A stretch of 64,000 bases of DNA. Source: Bdellovibrionales bacterium. Its GTDB lineage: Bacteria > Bdellovibrionota > Bdellovibrionia > Bdellovibrionales > DASUEL01. Of this stretch, positions 20,656-30,773 are shown piece after piece. Numbering within the stretch: position 1 is the first letter of the stretch; the number at the start of each line of letters is the position of its first letter. The DNA lies in contig JBFWOZ010000004.1 in the NCBI GenBank assembly GCA_050250255.1, forward strand, positions 1-64,000. The letters run 5' to 3'. A program made the position numbers and the translations under genes. The notes under the pieces are model-generated. The model was not told where the DNA came from. It ran no database searches and saw only the letters and a list, made by a program, of their open reading frames with translations.

Positions 20656-21533
20656 AAGTCGTCCCACCCGAAGGGGCGGACGGCGGCTGACTGATGTCGT
20701 TGAACCGAGATGTCTTTAATCCACTGCTGGGCTTGTCCTACGATATTTGCGAGCTGACTCTGAACGCCTTTGATCTCATTGAAAAATTCCACGAGAGGAA
20801 TCACTTTTACATTTTTTAAAACTAGAGGATCTGTTTGACTGCTCTCTCGTAAATCAATGACGAGAGAAGATTGCGTGCGCGAAGAATCCATCCAACCACG
20901 AATTTCCTCAGCCGACATGGGAGCTGCAACAACAAACGGCGCGCTCGATGCTCCCTGATCTTTCAGAGAGAGCACCGATACATTCTTAAAATATTCACTC
21001 CAGCTCAAAGCTTTCTCAGGAGTACGAGCGACGATTTCCACTTTTTCTTTATTTTTCAACCACGGTACAATGTCTTTTGCCAAACGACCTGAACCTAAAA
21101 TGCAAACCGCTTTTTCTTCTTTCAAGTAACGACGCACAAGACTTCCGTAAGATTGACTTCCCAGGTTAGTGAGATGTTTTTGTCTTACTTTTTTCGCATC
21201 TTCGATAAGTGCATCAAAGATTTTTTTAAGGTTCGCAGACGTACCGTTTTGTTTGTAGTCCAAAACGAAATCTTTGAACTGACCAAACACTTCGGTTTCG
21301 CCGAGAAGCGGAGAATGAAGTCCACAAATCACTTCAAGACAAAATTGATAAGCTTCTTTTCCGATAAGAGCAGAAGGGGAAGACACATTTTCTTCTGAGG
21401 CTATTCCAAATCCGATGTGGCGAAGACAGGTTTTCCAGTGAGCGACAAAAATAGAGTCGTTCACAAAAGACGTTTCACGAGGCTCGGGACCTTGTGCGTG
21501 CTCAAGATGGAAAATGGTTAATTCACCGTGCAT
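20646..21533 (-). CDS. hemA: Glutamyl-tRNA reductase, short form
   Basis: TCLR catalytic Cys, GLHSPLLGETEVFGQFK, GSGRLA; first gene of the heme operon. Confidence 0.85.
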   Translation of the reverse strand: MHGELTIFHLEHAQGPEPRETSFVNDSIFVAHWKTCLRHIGFGIASEENVSSPSALIGKEAYQFCLEVICGLHSPLLGETEVFGQFKDFVLDYKQNGTSANLKKIFDALIEDAKKVRQKHLTNLGSQSYGSLVRRYLKEEKAVCILGSGRLAKDIVPWLKNKEKVEIVARTPEKALSWSEYFKNVSVLSLKDQGASSAPFVVAAPMSAEEIRGWMDSSRTQSSLVIDLRESSQTDPLVLKNVKVIPLVEFFNEIKGVQSQLANIVGQAQQWIKDISVQRHQSAAVRPFGWDDLCA

Positions 21534-21567
21534 TTGACCTTGATATTAGTTGAAAACCTTTTGAGAA

Positions 21568-21585
21568 TTGTCACAGTTTTGTCAT
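21568..21585. promoter_or_regulatory. OmpR/PhoB-type direct-repeat box
   Basis: TTGTCAC-AGTT-TTGTCAT, 11-bp period, between divergent hemA and oppD. Confidence 0.55.
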
Positions 21586-21674
21586 TAAAATCGAGAAATT
21601 ACAAAGCTTGTATGCATAGCGCAAATCAGCGATTTTCCTCAACTTAATCTCATTGTCTCTATATTATTTAAAAG

Positions 21675-22670
21675 ATGCCCATACCACTTCTGGAAGTTCA
21701 AAATTTGCGCACGGCTTTTCGCACCGACGACGGTGAAGTCGTGGCCGTAGATGATATCAGTTTTCAAATTGAACCCGGAAAAACGCTCGGAATTGTCGGC
21801 GAATCGGGCTGTGGAAAATCTGTCACGTCTCTTTCTATCATGCGCCTCATTCAAGAGCCGCCAGGACGTATTGTTTCGGGCAAAATCCTCTTTGAAGGCC
21901 AAGATCTTTTAAAACTTTCCGAAACGCAAATGAGAAGCATTCGCGGAAACAAGATCTCGATGATTTTTCAAGAGCCCATGACCTCGCTCAACCCTGTTTT
22001 CACTATTGGTTATCAGATCAGCGAGGCCATTGCCCTTCACCAAAAAAATCTCTCACGCACTCAAGTCGCGCAAAAAGCCGTGGAAATGTTGAAACTTGTG
22101 GGAATTCCCGAACCTGAAAAGCGGGTAGATAATTTTCCCCACCAACTTTCTGGCGGAATGAGACAACGAGCGATGATCGCCATGGCCTTGAGTTGCAATC
22201 CTCGTCTCCTCATTGCTGACGAACCCACGACCGCTCTCGATGTGACCATTCAGGCACAAATTTTAGAACTCATGCGCAAACTTCAAAATGAACTTCATAC
22301 CGCGATGATCCTTATCACCCATGACCTCGGCGTTGTCTCAGAAACCTGTGACGAAGTTGCCGTGATGTACGCGGGAAAAATCATCGAGTACGGAACCGTA
22401 CACGAGATTTTCGAACAGCCCAAACACTGGTACACAAAGGGACTTCTCAATTCCATCCCGCACTTTGAGTCAGGTCACCGTCGCGAACGTCTTGAAACTA
22501 TTCCCGGAATTGTTCCTAATCTTTTAGATTTAAAAGTGGGCTGTCGTTTTCAAGATCGCTGCAAAAACGCACATCCTCATTGCCGCGAAAAGGAACCACT
22601 TCTCGAGCGTGCCACTTCTGACAAACATCGCGTGGCTTGTTTTTACCCAGTGGAAGGAACTCCCGCATGA
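21675..22670 (+). CDS. oppD: Oligo/dipeptide ABC transporter ATPase
   Basis: [28 protein letters not shown]-terminal Cys-rich domain. Confidence 0.93.
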   Translation: MPIPLLEVQNLRTAFRTDDGEVVAVDDISFQIEPGKTLGIVGESGCGKSVTSLSIMRLIQEPPGRIVSGKILFEGQDLLKLSETQMRSIRGNKISMIFQEPMTSLNPVFTIGYQISEAIALHQKNLSRTQVAQKAVEMLKLVGIPEPEKRVDNFPHQLSGGMRQRAMIAMALSCNPRLLIADEPTTALDVTIQAQILELMRKLQNELHTAMILITHDLGVVSETCDEVAVMYAGKIIEYGTVHEIFEQPKHWYTKGLLNSIPHFESGHRRERLETIPGIVPNLLDLKVGCRFQDRCKNAHPHCREKEPLLERATSDKHRVACFYPVEGTPA

Positions 22671-23650
22671 GCGAACCTTTCATCAAAATCGAAAATTTAA
22701 GTAAACGTTTCCCTATTCACGGGGGATTCCTGGGCCGTGAAGTCGCCGCCGTCAAGGCGGTTCAAGATGTTTCTTTCGAAATCAAAAAGGGTGAAACTTT
22801 AGGACTCGTAGGAGAATCCGGTTGCGGAAAATCCACACTTGGTCGTTGTCTGATTCGCTTGATCGAACCTTCTGCTGGAAAAGTATTTTATGAAGGGCAA
22901 GATATTCTTCAGATGAGCGGCAATGATCTTTTAAAAATGCGCCGAAAAATGCAGATCATCTTTCAAGATCCCTACGCGAGCCTCAATCCACGCATGACCA
23001 TTGGTGCAACTCTCTCCGAACCCATTGGGGTTCATAAAATTCTCACAGGTCCCAAAGCCATACGCGACCGAGTTCACGAACTTCTCGATACGGTAGGACT
23101 TCGTCGTGAAGCCATGGACCGTTACCCTCACGAATTCTCTGGCGGCCAACGCCAACGTATCGGGATTGCTCGCGCTCTCGCCGTAGAACCTGAATTTATT
23201 GTGTGTGATGAGCCCGTTTCGGCTCTCGATGTGTCGATTCAAGCTCAGGTGATTAATCTGTTGATGGACCTTCAGAGTAAATTGAAACTCACTTATCTCT
23301 TCATCGCTCATGATCTCAAAGTGGTGGAGCATATCTCTCATCGAGTGGCCGTGATGTACTTGGGGAAAATCGCCGAGATGGCTTCTGCCGATGAGCTGTA
23401 CCTCAAACCTCAACACCCGTACACGAAAGCTCTTCTATCAGCCATTCCGGTCCCTTTTCCTCAAAATAAAAAAGCTCGCATCATTCTCAAAGGGGATGTT
23501 CCAAGCCCCATCTCACCACCGAGCGGCTGTTACTTTCACCCCCGCTGCCCAGCACGCGTAGATCATTGTTCGGTGAAAGTTCCGCAATACAAAGAAGTCC
23601 TTCCGAAACACTTTGCGTCTTGTCTCGAAGTAGCTCCTATCGGGGTTTAA
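22667..23650 (+). CDS. oppF: Oligo/dipeptide ABC transporter ATPase
   Basis: [37 protein letters not shown] overlap with oppD. Confidence 0.93.
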   Translation: MSEPFIKIENLSKRFPIHGGFLGREVAAVKAVQDVSFEIKKGETLGLVGESGCGKSTLGRCLIRLIEPSAGKVFYEGQDILQMSGNDLLKMRRKMQIIFQDPYASLNPRMTIGATLSEPIGVHKILTGPKAIRDRVHELLDTVGLRREAMDRYPHEFSGGQRQRIGIARALAVEPEFIVCDEPVSALDVSIQAQVINLLMDLQSKLKLTYLFIAHDLKVVEHISHRVAVMYLGKIAEMASADELYLKPQHPYTKALLSAIPVPFPQNKKARIILKGDVPSPISPPSGCYFHPRCPARVDHCSVKVPQYKEVLPKHFASCLEVAPIGV

Positions 23651-23820
23651 TTTTAATCTATGCCCTTGGCAGGAGAGGTTAACCGTTCAGCGAGAGGATA
23701 GCCTCCACCTGTATATTTTCTATGTTCCTGCCACATGCCCACAGTTTGTATCAAATTCGATTGCTCTCAAGCAAAGGTATCATCTATTTTCCCCATGCGA
23801 TTAAACGCAAAACAAGTCGG

Positions 23821-23844
23821 ATTCAAACTCCATGGAGTTTGAAT
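23821..23844. repeat. Perfect 24-bp palindrome upstream of amidohydrolase
   Basis: ATTCAAACTCCA-TGGAGTTTGAAT. Confidence 0.85.
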
Positions 23845-23864
23845 GACGGCAAGGGGATGTTTCT

Positions 23865-24752
23865 ATGAAAAATAATAATTTTTTAGGCTCTTTTGTGTTC
23901 ACATTCTTCTGCCTACTAGCTTTGCCAGTTTCAGCTTCCACAAAGGGTAGCCAACTGGACGCACACTTTCATTTTATCAGTGCAGAAAAGGCCCACCTCT
24001 TCGCCGATTTTTTCAAAGGTGCGGTGACAGCGGAACGTGCGATGCAGATCATGGACAACGCCAACATCGATCAAGCCTTTGGTTTAAGTGCTGGCTATAT
24101 ATTTCCCACTCTGTCGGAGGCCATTCATGAGAACAACTTCATGGCTGAACAAACAAAATTCTCTAGCGGTCGCATTGTTGGGTTTTGTGGTGTGTGGGCT
24201 ATTGCCGAATGGGCAGTTTCTGAGCTTGAACGATGTAAAACGTTAGGATTGCGAGGACTTAAACTTCACCTTCGTTTTCAACAATTTGATTTTCTCAATG
24301 CTGCTCAGCTTGCTTCCCTGGAGGCCTTGATCGTAAAAGCGGGAGAACTCAAAATGCCGGTCCTCATCCATCCAGTAACCGCCGATCAAACTTCGGTCTC
24401 AAAACTTTTTGCAATCATGGTAAAACTTAAGAACACAAAGTTCATTGTCGCTCATAGCCTTGGTACCAATTATAGACTCCTCTCAGGCTTAGCCTTTGAC
24501 TACATCCATAGCAGGAAAAACCCTCGCAATATTTTCTTAGAGGTCAGTGCCTCTGCTCTTCACTATGCGGGATCTCCTGAACAGAAAATCTATAAGTGGA
24601 ATGTTGAGAGTTTTGGTAAGGATCGAGTTATCTTCGGCTCAGATGCACCAGCGCTCGATATTAATCAGACACGAAAGGCTGCGCTGAAAGTTTTCGGAGC
24701 GAGTCAGTTCAAGCAAATGCTAGAACAGAATCACAAAGCTCTTTTCGAATAG
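23865..24752 (+). CDS. Secreted amidohydrolase (amidohydro_2-like)
   Basis: Signal peptide; DAHFH, GLKLH, LIHP, VAH, IFGSD. Confidence 0.85.
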   Translation: MKNNNFLGSFVFTFFCLLALPVSASTKGSQLDAHFHFISAEKAHLFADFFKGAVTAERAMQIMDNANIDQAFGLSAGYIFPTLSEAIHENNFMAEQTKFSSGRIVGFCGVWAIAEWAVSELERCKTLGLRGLKLHLRFQQFDFLNAAQLASLEALIVKAGELKMPVLIHPVTADQTSVSKLFAIMVKLKNTKFIVAHSLGTNYRLLSGLAFDYIHSRKNPRNIFLEVSASALHYAGSPEQKIYKWNVESFGKDRVIFGSDAPALDINQTRKAALKVFGASQFKQMLEQNHKALFE

Positions 24753-24760
24753 AAAGTTAT

Positions 24761-25732
24761 TTAATTCGACAGCGAGAGGGCCTTCGCGGGCGTCTTCTTA
24801 CTTTCCACGCTTGGAGCTGAGGTCAGGCGCTGTAAGAGATAATCGTAAGCCGCTTCCGCCGACCGTGACAGCGTTCTCTGAGACAGCTTTGCGATCCCGA
24901 TGGAATTCTTTAAAGGCTTTCCCGAACCCTTAAACACATAGACTTTTTGACCTGATTGCTGAAGACGATCGATCAAGTAACTAGGCAGAATGCCCGCACC
25001 TACCCCGTTGATAATCAATCGGGCGATTCCCTGCACGTCCATAATGTAAGCTTTCACTCGTACGTCCGCACGTGGCTTATTCAAATGGTGACCAAACCAC
25101 ATTCTGAGTAGAGGCTCGCCCTCTTGATACTCTACGTAGTCCAAAGATTCATAATAGCTAATAGAGTGCTTGGGAACGCCTTTGGCTTTTAAGAGTTCCT
25201 CAGAGGCACAAAGTTCCACGATTTCGTCGAACACTTTCGTCGTCATCACGTTTCGGTCCATACGAAATTCATCGATGATGGCAAAATCAAGCTCTCCCTT
25301 TAAGAGGAGCTCGTTCATTGTTGTCGCATACCCAAGATTAAATTTAAAATTCACAAGAGGATGTTTTTTTGAAAATTCCGCGATGAGAGGCATGACCACG
25401 TTGTTCCCGAATTCAATGGGCATTCCGATATTCACGACTCCAACAAAGGCTCTTTCTTGCCCTTTGAGCTGCCAAATGACTGATTCGAGTTCGTTTAAAG
25501 TGGTATTGGATTGTTTGTAAAGAAGCTGTCCGGCCTCGGTCGCAACCAGCCTTTGCTTCACGCGATCGAAGAGTTTGACCCCTAAGATTTCCTCTAAACT
25601 ATTCATATGTTGGCTAACACCAGATTGCGTCAAATGCAGCTCCCGCGCGGCTTCCGTCATACTTTTCGTACGAAAGACCGACTCGAAAACTCTTAACAGG
25701 TTCAGGTTCAAATCATGGGTAATCATGGTCAT
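24761..25732 (-). CDS. LysR-family transcriptional regulator
   Basis: SMTEAARELHLTQSGVSQHMNSLEE HTH and substrate-binding domain. Confidence 0.95.
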   Translation of the reverse strand: MTMITHDLNLNLLRVFESVFRTKSMTEAARELHLTQSGVSQHMNSLEEILGVKLFDRVKQRLVATEAGQLLYKQSNTTLNELESVIWQLKGQERAFVGVVNIGMPIEFGNNVVMPLIAEFSKKHPLVNFKFNLGYATTMNELLLKGELDFAIIDEFRMDRNVMTTKVFDEIVELCASEELLKAKGVPKHSISYYESLDYVEYQEGEPLLRMWFGHHLNKPRADVRVKAYIMDVQGIARLIINGVGAGILPSYLIDRLQQSGQKVYVFKGSGKPLKNSIGIAKLSQRTLSRSAEAAYDYLLQRLTSAPSVESKKTPAKALSLSN

Positions 25733-25857
25733 AAGTTATAGTAATGAGCCTCGATCAAGACAAATAATTATTAATAAAATACAAAGCTGCCGTATAAGAG
25801 TTACATCTTCCTCGCTAATCAAAGCGGTCGAAGCTGCCACCCAGGAAAGGAGACAAC

Positions 25858-26319
25858 ATGAAAACAACAATGAAAATCTTCGCAGTCGTTCTTATGCTCT
25901 CTCTCACAACAGCCGCTCAAGCCAACCGTCCCACTGCAACCGTTTTAAGAACCACTATTCTTAACCTTCAGTCAGCACAAATGGACGTTCACCAAACTGG
26001 CGGCATCTTCGCTCCTGTCACCACGGCAAAAGTAGAGTTTGGTCTTGATATCAGAAACCAAGTTGAGTTTTTCACAGCCACTCTCGCCGACTTTGCGGGA
26101 ACTCTTCAAACAGTCCAGTTCCTAGTAACTGAATCTACTATTGATAAGTGTGGAACAAAAACTTACAAAGCCTCCACTCGTGATAATCAGTTACACATAG
26201 TGATGACCGACACTCCTCCGTTTTGCGCAGGAATTGTTCCTCAGCCAATTTGGACTGCAACGATCATTGGTCTTGATAGCCAGTTAGAAATTTCCGGTAC
26301 TCCTGAAGTCGTTGAGTAA
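25858..26319 (+). CDS. Hypothetical secreted protein
   Basis: RBS AAGGAG, signal peptide ending AAQA, two Cys. Confidence 0.8.
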   Translation: MKTTMKIFAVVLMLSLTTAAQANRPTATVLRTTILNLQSAQMDVHQTGGIFAPVTTAKVEFGLDIRNQVEFFTATLADFAGTLQTVQFLVTESTIDKCGTKTYKASTRDNQLHIVMTDTPPFCAGIVPQPIWTATIIGLDSQLEISGTPEVVE

Positions 26320-26351
26320 TTAGCGATTTCTTTAAATTTAGATTCATTTAG

Positions 26352-26393
26352 AAGACCTGTGTTTAGTCCCCTCCAAACACGGGTCTTTTTTTT
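26352..26393 (+). terminator. Intrinsic terminator
   Basis: AAGACCTGTGTTT/AAACACGGGTCTT stem plus T tract. Confidence 0.85.
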
Positions 26394-26437
26394 CCTAAAA
26401 GTAGACATTTCTAGAGCCCGATAGAATACTGACACCT

Positions 26438-26869
26438 ATGAAATGTGTTCTCTGCGAAAAATACCAAGGCGATTATTCGATTCCACCTATCTTTGAACAA
26501 GATGGCATCACGCTATCCCATATTACCCCTTCTCCCGATTCGCCCGCCATGAAAGCACGTCTCTTGATCGAGCCTATTCGCCACGTGACCAAGCCTGAAG
26601 AATTAACGTCTGCGGAATTTGCGACCATGGGAAGGATCTTGCAAAAAGCGATGATTGTTCTTCAGAAAACACTCGGAGCCGAACACGTTTATTTCTTTCG
26701 CATCAATGATTTGGTGGCCCACTATCACTTTCATGTGGTCCCTCGTTTTCCTGATACTCCAAAGGAATTCTGGGGACTGAAAATCATTGAATGGCCTGAT
26801 TATCCCAAACTGAACCTCGAAGAAGTTCAAGAGCTGAACACAAAATTACAAGAGGCGATGCGCTTATAA
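26438..26869 (+). CDS. HIT-family hydrolase
   Basis: N-terminal CVLC and HYHFHVVPR triad. Confidence 0.9.
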   Translation: MKCVLCEKYQGDYSIPPIFEQDGITLSHITPSPDSPAMKARLLIEPIRHVTKPEELTSAEFATMGRILQKAMIVLQKTLGAEHVYFFRINDLVAHYHFHVVPRFPDTPKEFWGLKIIEWPDYPKLNLEEVQELNTKLQEAMRL

Positions 26870-26882
26870 GGAGACAATTCTC

Positions 26883-27242
26883 ATGGAACTTCAAAATATT
26901 TTTGTTCTTCTTGTAGCTCTCTTGCATTTCTACTTCATGGTGCTTGAGATGTTTTTCTGGACAAAACCACAGGGTTTAAAGATTTTCAGAAACACTCTTG
27001 AGTTTGCTAAGGCTTCTCAAGTCTTAGCCGCCAATCAGGGACTTTATAATGGATTTCTCACGGCCGGACTTATTTGGGGCGCGCTTCATCCCACTCCCAA
27101 CTTAGGAATTCAAATAAAGATCTTCTTTCTTATTTGCGTGATAATCGCAGGAACTTACGGTGCGGTGACAGTTTCTCGCCGAATTTTCTATGTTCAAGCT
27201 TTTCCCGCATTGATCGCTCTCGCCTCTCTATTTATTTATTGA
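26883..27242 (+). CDS. DUF1304-family membrane protein
   Basis: LEMFFW, ANQGLYNGFL, VQAFPA. Confidence 0.9.
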   Translation: MELQNIFVLLVALLHFYFMVLEMFFWTKPQGLKIFRNTLEFAKASQVLAANQGLYNGFLTAGLIWGALHPTPNLGIQIKIFFLICVIIAGTYGAVTVSRRIFYVQAFPALIALASLFIY

Positions 27243-27726
27243 GTTGAAGCAAGGTTTGAACGGTCTTACGAAGTTGCTGGAGATCAAAAGGCTTCTTGAT
27301 GTAGTCGGAAGCCCCGACTTCAAAACCTTTTTTGACATCTCGATCTTCGCGATGAGCTGAGACAAAAATAATGGGAATATTTTTAAGATCGTCATGTTCT
27401 TTCATCATTTGTGCGAGCTCAAAGCCATTTATCCATGGCAAACCCACATCTAAAATGATCAGATGAATAGGATTTCCGTCTAAAACATTCGTGAGTTGCG
27501 TGCCGTCGGCTGCAACCAGAACGCGATGGCCTTCATCCTCAAACAGTCTTTTGAGAGAAAGACGAATCGATTCATCATCATCAACGATCAAAACTGTCGC
27601 TGGATCTTCCGCCTTTTTGAGATGCCGAAATGCATCGAGAGACACAACTTCCGTTTTCGCAATTCTCTCGCGAGTGACTTTTTCAATTTTTTCTACCAAA
27701 TCGCGGGTGTTGATTTTTTTCGACAT
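27232..27726 (-). CDS. Receiver-domain response regulator with short N-terminal extension
   Basis: IVDDD, ILDVGLP, YIKKPF; no output domain. Confidence 0.9.
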   Translation of the reverse strand: MSKKINTRDLVEKIEKVTRERIAKTEVVSLDAFRHLKKAEDPATVLIVDDDESIRLSLKRLFEDEGHRVLVAADGTQLTNVLDGNPIHLIILDVGLPWINGFELAQMMKEHDDLKNIPIIFVSAHREDRDVKKGFEVGASDYIKKPFDLQQLRKTVQTLLQLNK

Positions 27727-28673
27727 TATAAACCTTGAGCCTCGAGCCAACGTTCCGCATCTATCGCGGCCATGCAACCTGAACCGGCAGCGGTCACGGC
27801 CTGACGATACACGTGATCTTGCACATCCCCGGCGGCGAACACACCTTCAATTTTAGTTTTGCTTGTACCTGGCTTTGTCACCAGATATCCGCTTTCGTTC
27901 ATCGCTAAAAATTCTTTAAAAAGAGCCGTATTCGGTTGGTGTCCAATCGCGACGAACACACCCTCTACGGCTATTTCTTTTTTAGAGCCATTGACTGTGT
28001 CTTTGAGTTTTAGGGTTTGAACGATTTTGCCGTTGCCTACAATCTCTTCCACAGCTGCATTGTAGATCACTTCAATTTTAGGATTCGAAAGCGCCCGATC
28101 CGTCATGATTTTAGAAGCACGGAAAGAATCTCGACGATGAATCAGATAAACCTTCGAGGCAAAACGCGTGAGAAATTGAGCCTCTTCCATCGCGGAATCA
28201 CCACCTCCCACGACAGCGACGGGAACATTTTTGAAAAACGCTCCATCACAAGTAGCGCATGTAGAAACCCCTTTAGCCCAATATTTTTGTTCTGACTCAA
28301 TTCCCAACATTTTCGAAGAAGCTCCAGTGGAAACAATCACGGCATGAGCTTTATATTCCTTTTCTCCTACAAAGACAGAAAAAGGTTTCTTAGAAAAATC
28401 CACTTTTGTGACATTTTGTGTAAGAAAACGGGTACCGAAACGTTCCGCCTGTTTTCTCATCACGATCATCAGCTCGGGACCCATCACTCCTTCAGCAAAT
28501 CCGGGATAGTTTTCAACTTCGGTTGTTGTCGTAAGTAAACCACCAGGCATTTCACCTTCAATCATCAAAGGTTTTAAAAGTGCACGTGAAGTATAAATGG
28601 CCGAGGTTAATCCTGCGGGACCTGATCCGATGATAATCACTTTTTCAATGCCATTTTCTTGAGTCGAACTCAC
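27726..28673 (-). CDS. trxB: Thioredoxin reductase
   Basis: GSGPAG, CATCDG, GGGDSA, HRRDSFRA, AAGDV. Confidence 0.97.
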   Translation of the reverse strand: MSSTQENGIEKVIIIGSGPAGLTSAIYTSRALLKPLMIEGEMPGGLLTTTTEVENYPGFAEGVMGPELMIVMRKQAERFGTRFLTQNVTKVDFSKKPFSVFVGEKEYKAHAVIVSTGASSKMLGIESEQKYWAKGVSTCATCDGAFFKNVPVAVVGGGDSAMEEAQFLTRFASKVYLIHRRDSFRASKIMTDRALSNPKIEVIYNAAVEEIVGNGKIVQTLKLKDTVNGSKKEIAVEGVFVAIGHQPNTALFKEFLAMNESGYLVTKPGTSKTKIEGVFAAGDVQDHVYRQAVTAAGSGCMAAIDAERWLEAQGL

Positions 28674-29407
28674 ATGTCCTCCGAAATTTTTATGTCCAAT
28701 TTTTTCGATTCCAAAGTTTTATGCCAATTGCTGCCCGCAGGATTTTTTTCTTCGAAAACCCAGTGGCAAAAAAGTTTTGCCACTTCTTCTACTTTCCAAA
28801 GCCCTACATTCTGACGCGGCCAAGCATTTTTAGGCAATAACTCTGTGTCCATATAATGAGGGCTGAAAAGACGAAGATCAAGATTCAACGCTTCTCCCTG
28901 AAGCGAAGAGATCAATCCCAAAAGGCCATGTTTTGCCATCGCATAAGAAGCGGCAAATGGATCAGGCTTCGTTTCCGCTACACTAGAACCAATAAAAATC
29001 ATTTGTTTGAGGTTTTGTGGTGTCTGTAAACAGCGATGAATCAATTGGGCAGGAAAGAGAAGCGAAACATCGAGAGCCCACTGGTGATCTTTCCACTCTT
29101 TTTCCTGAAGCGGACCGAAAGGTCCACCACCCGCAAAGTAAAAAATGCGAGTAGGTTGAAATTCACTCAGTACTTCCAACACTTTCTTCTGATCTTCAGG
29201 TTTTGAGAAGTTCGCCACCATGCTCTGACCTTGAAATTCTTGTGGCCGACGTGACATCAAAAGCGTTTGGACTTGGGGTAAGCTTTGGCGAACGAGTTCT
29301 AAAGTCGCAGCGCCTAAACCCCGACTTGCCCCCAAAAATAATATTTTTTCACTGTCTTTTTTTCTGGCCTGATCAATCATGGACTTGATAATTAGAACCC
29401 ATCTCAT
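28670..29407 (-). CDS. Short-chain dehydrogenase/reductase
   Basis: GASRGLG and YAMAK (YxxxK). Confidence 0.88.
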   Translation of the reverse strand: MRWVLIIKSMIDQARKKDSEKILFLGASRGLGAATLELVRQSLPQVQTLLMSRRPQEFQGQSMVANFSKPEDQKKVLEVLSEFQPTRIFYFAGGGPFGPLQEKEWKDHQWALDVSLLFPAQLIHRCLQTPQNLKQMIFIGSSVAETKPDPFAASYAMAKHGLLGLISSLQGEALNLDLRLFSPHYMDTELLPKNAWPRQNVGLWKVEEVAKLFCHWVFEEKNPAGSNWHKTLESKKLDIKISEDM

Positions 29408-29481
29408 AAATAGGCAAGTTCCGATTTATGAGGTGGGTTCTAAAATGGTAGTGCGCGAATGACAAAAGGATTTAAAGAAAA

Positions 29482-29775
29482 ATGGCTCTCATCCCAATTA
29501 AAATTGCTAAAAGCGGCCAAATCATTGAAGTGGAACCTGGAGCCAACCTCATGGAATCCCTCTTGGCAGCAGGCTTACCTGTTGCCAGCAGTTGTGGTGG
29601 TGATGCCGTTTGCGCCAAATGTCACGTCAAAGTCCTTGAAGGAGCGGATCAACTTTCAAAAGAGGACTCCGATATCAAAGAGCTCAAAGAGTTAAACGAT
29701 GTTGCCAAAACAGAACGCATCAGCTGCCAAACACAAGTTTTAGGGCCTGTTACGATTGACACTCCCTACTGGTAA
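29482..29775 (+). CDS. [2Fe-2S] ferredoxin
   Basis: CGGDAVCAKC...RISCQ. Confidence 0.92.
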   Translation: MALIPIKIAKSGQIIEVEPGANLMESLLAAGLPVASSCGGDAVCAKCHVKVLEGADQLSKEDSDIKELKELNDVAKTERISCQTQVLGPVTIDTPYW

Positions 29776-29778
29776 AGT

Positions 29779-30597
29779 ATGAAACCTTTTGTAAAAGACA
29801 TTTTTTATTATCCCGTGAAGGGCTTAGCCGGAATTCCTTTAGACTCCGTCGATGTAGGTCCTAAAGGCTTACCTCATGATCGTGCACTAGGTTTTGTTTT
29901 TGAAGACAGCATCCCTCCGGAAAAAAATCTTAACGGCATCGAAAATCTCATGTGGATTCCCAAAACCAAAATGGCGGTTCAGATGGAATGGCCAGGCCTT
30001 GCTGCTTTAAAAATAAACTTAGACACTGCTGGAGAACTCACTCTCACAGGTCCGCAAAACAAAAGTACGAAGGGAAATGTACATCGCTTAGAAGATCGAA
30101 AAAAAATCAGTGGGTTCATGAGCGATTATTTAAAAACTCTTACTCCCGCACCCGGAGCAAAACGCACTCACGCCACTCCCGTCGTTTTAGCAGGGCAACT
30201 TCACTCGTCCACTCGTTTTCCCGACCGAGAGAAAGAACACATCTCCTTTTTAAATTTGGCAACGCTTAGAGAAATCGAGAAAAGTTTCAATCTCTCTATC
30301 GATATTCAACGTTTTCGAGGAAATATACTTGTAGAAGGTATGGAACCATGGAGCGAATACACCTGGGTTGGCAAAAAAATTAAAGTTGGGGACTGCGAAA
30401 TAGAAATCACGGCCCCTATAGTCCGCTGCTTTAACGTCAATGTGAACCCGACAACAGGGAGCACCGACATGAATTTACTCCCTCTTCTCAAACCTCTTTG
30501 CGATGAAAAGATTCAGAAAAATTTCGCAATTTTTGGCGTCCTCGGCCGCATTGCTCAACCAGGACGAGTCAGTTTAAAAAGCGAACTTCAACATTGA
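29779..30597 (+). CDS. MOSC-domain protein (YcbX/mARC-like)
   Basis: YYPVKG, HDR, RFRGNI, IVRC. Confidence 0.88.
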   Translation: MKPFVKDIFYYPVKGLAGIPLDSVDVGPKGLPHDRALGFVFEDSIPPEKNLNGIENLMWIPKTKMAVQMEWPGLAALKINLDTAGELTLTGPQNKSTKGNVHRLEDRKKISGFMSDYLKTLTPAPGAKRTHATPVVLAGQLHSSTRFPDREKEHISFLNLATLREIEKSFNLSIDIQRFRGNILVEGMEPWSEYTWVGKKIKVGDCEIEITAPIVRCFNVNVNPTTGSTDMNLLPLLKPLCDEKIQKNFAIFGVLGRIAQPGRVSLKSELQH

Positions 30598-30773
30598 AAT
30601 CGATTTCAATAAAACTTTCTTTCTTCACCCTTAGGTTTTAGCTTTTATCTGTTTGGTATCCTCTCAGCAGCATCTCATTTTTCTCAATCCCCTTTTTGAA
30701 CATATTACACAAGTTTCTATCTGCTATGTGATGGCTCAAGAATCCTTGTTAGGACTCAGGCAAGGAGAAATTT

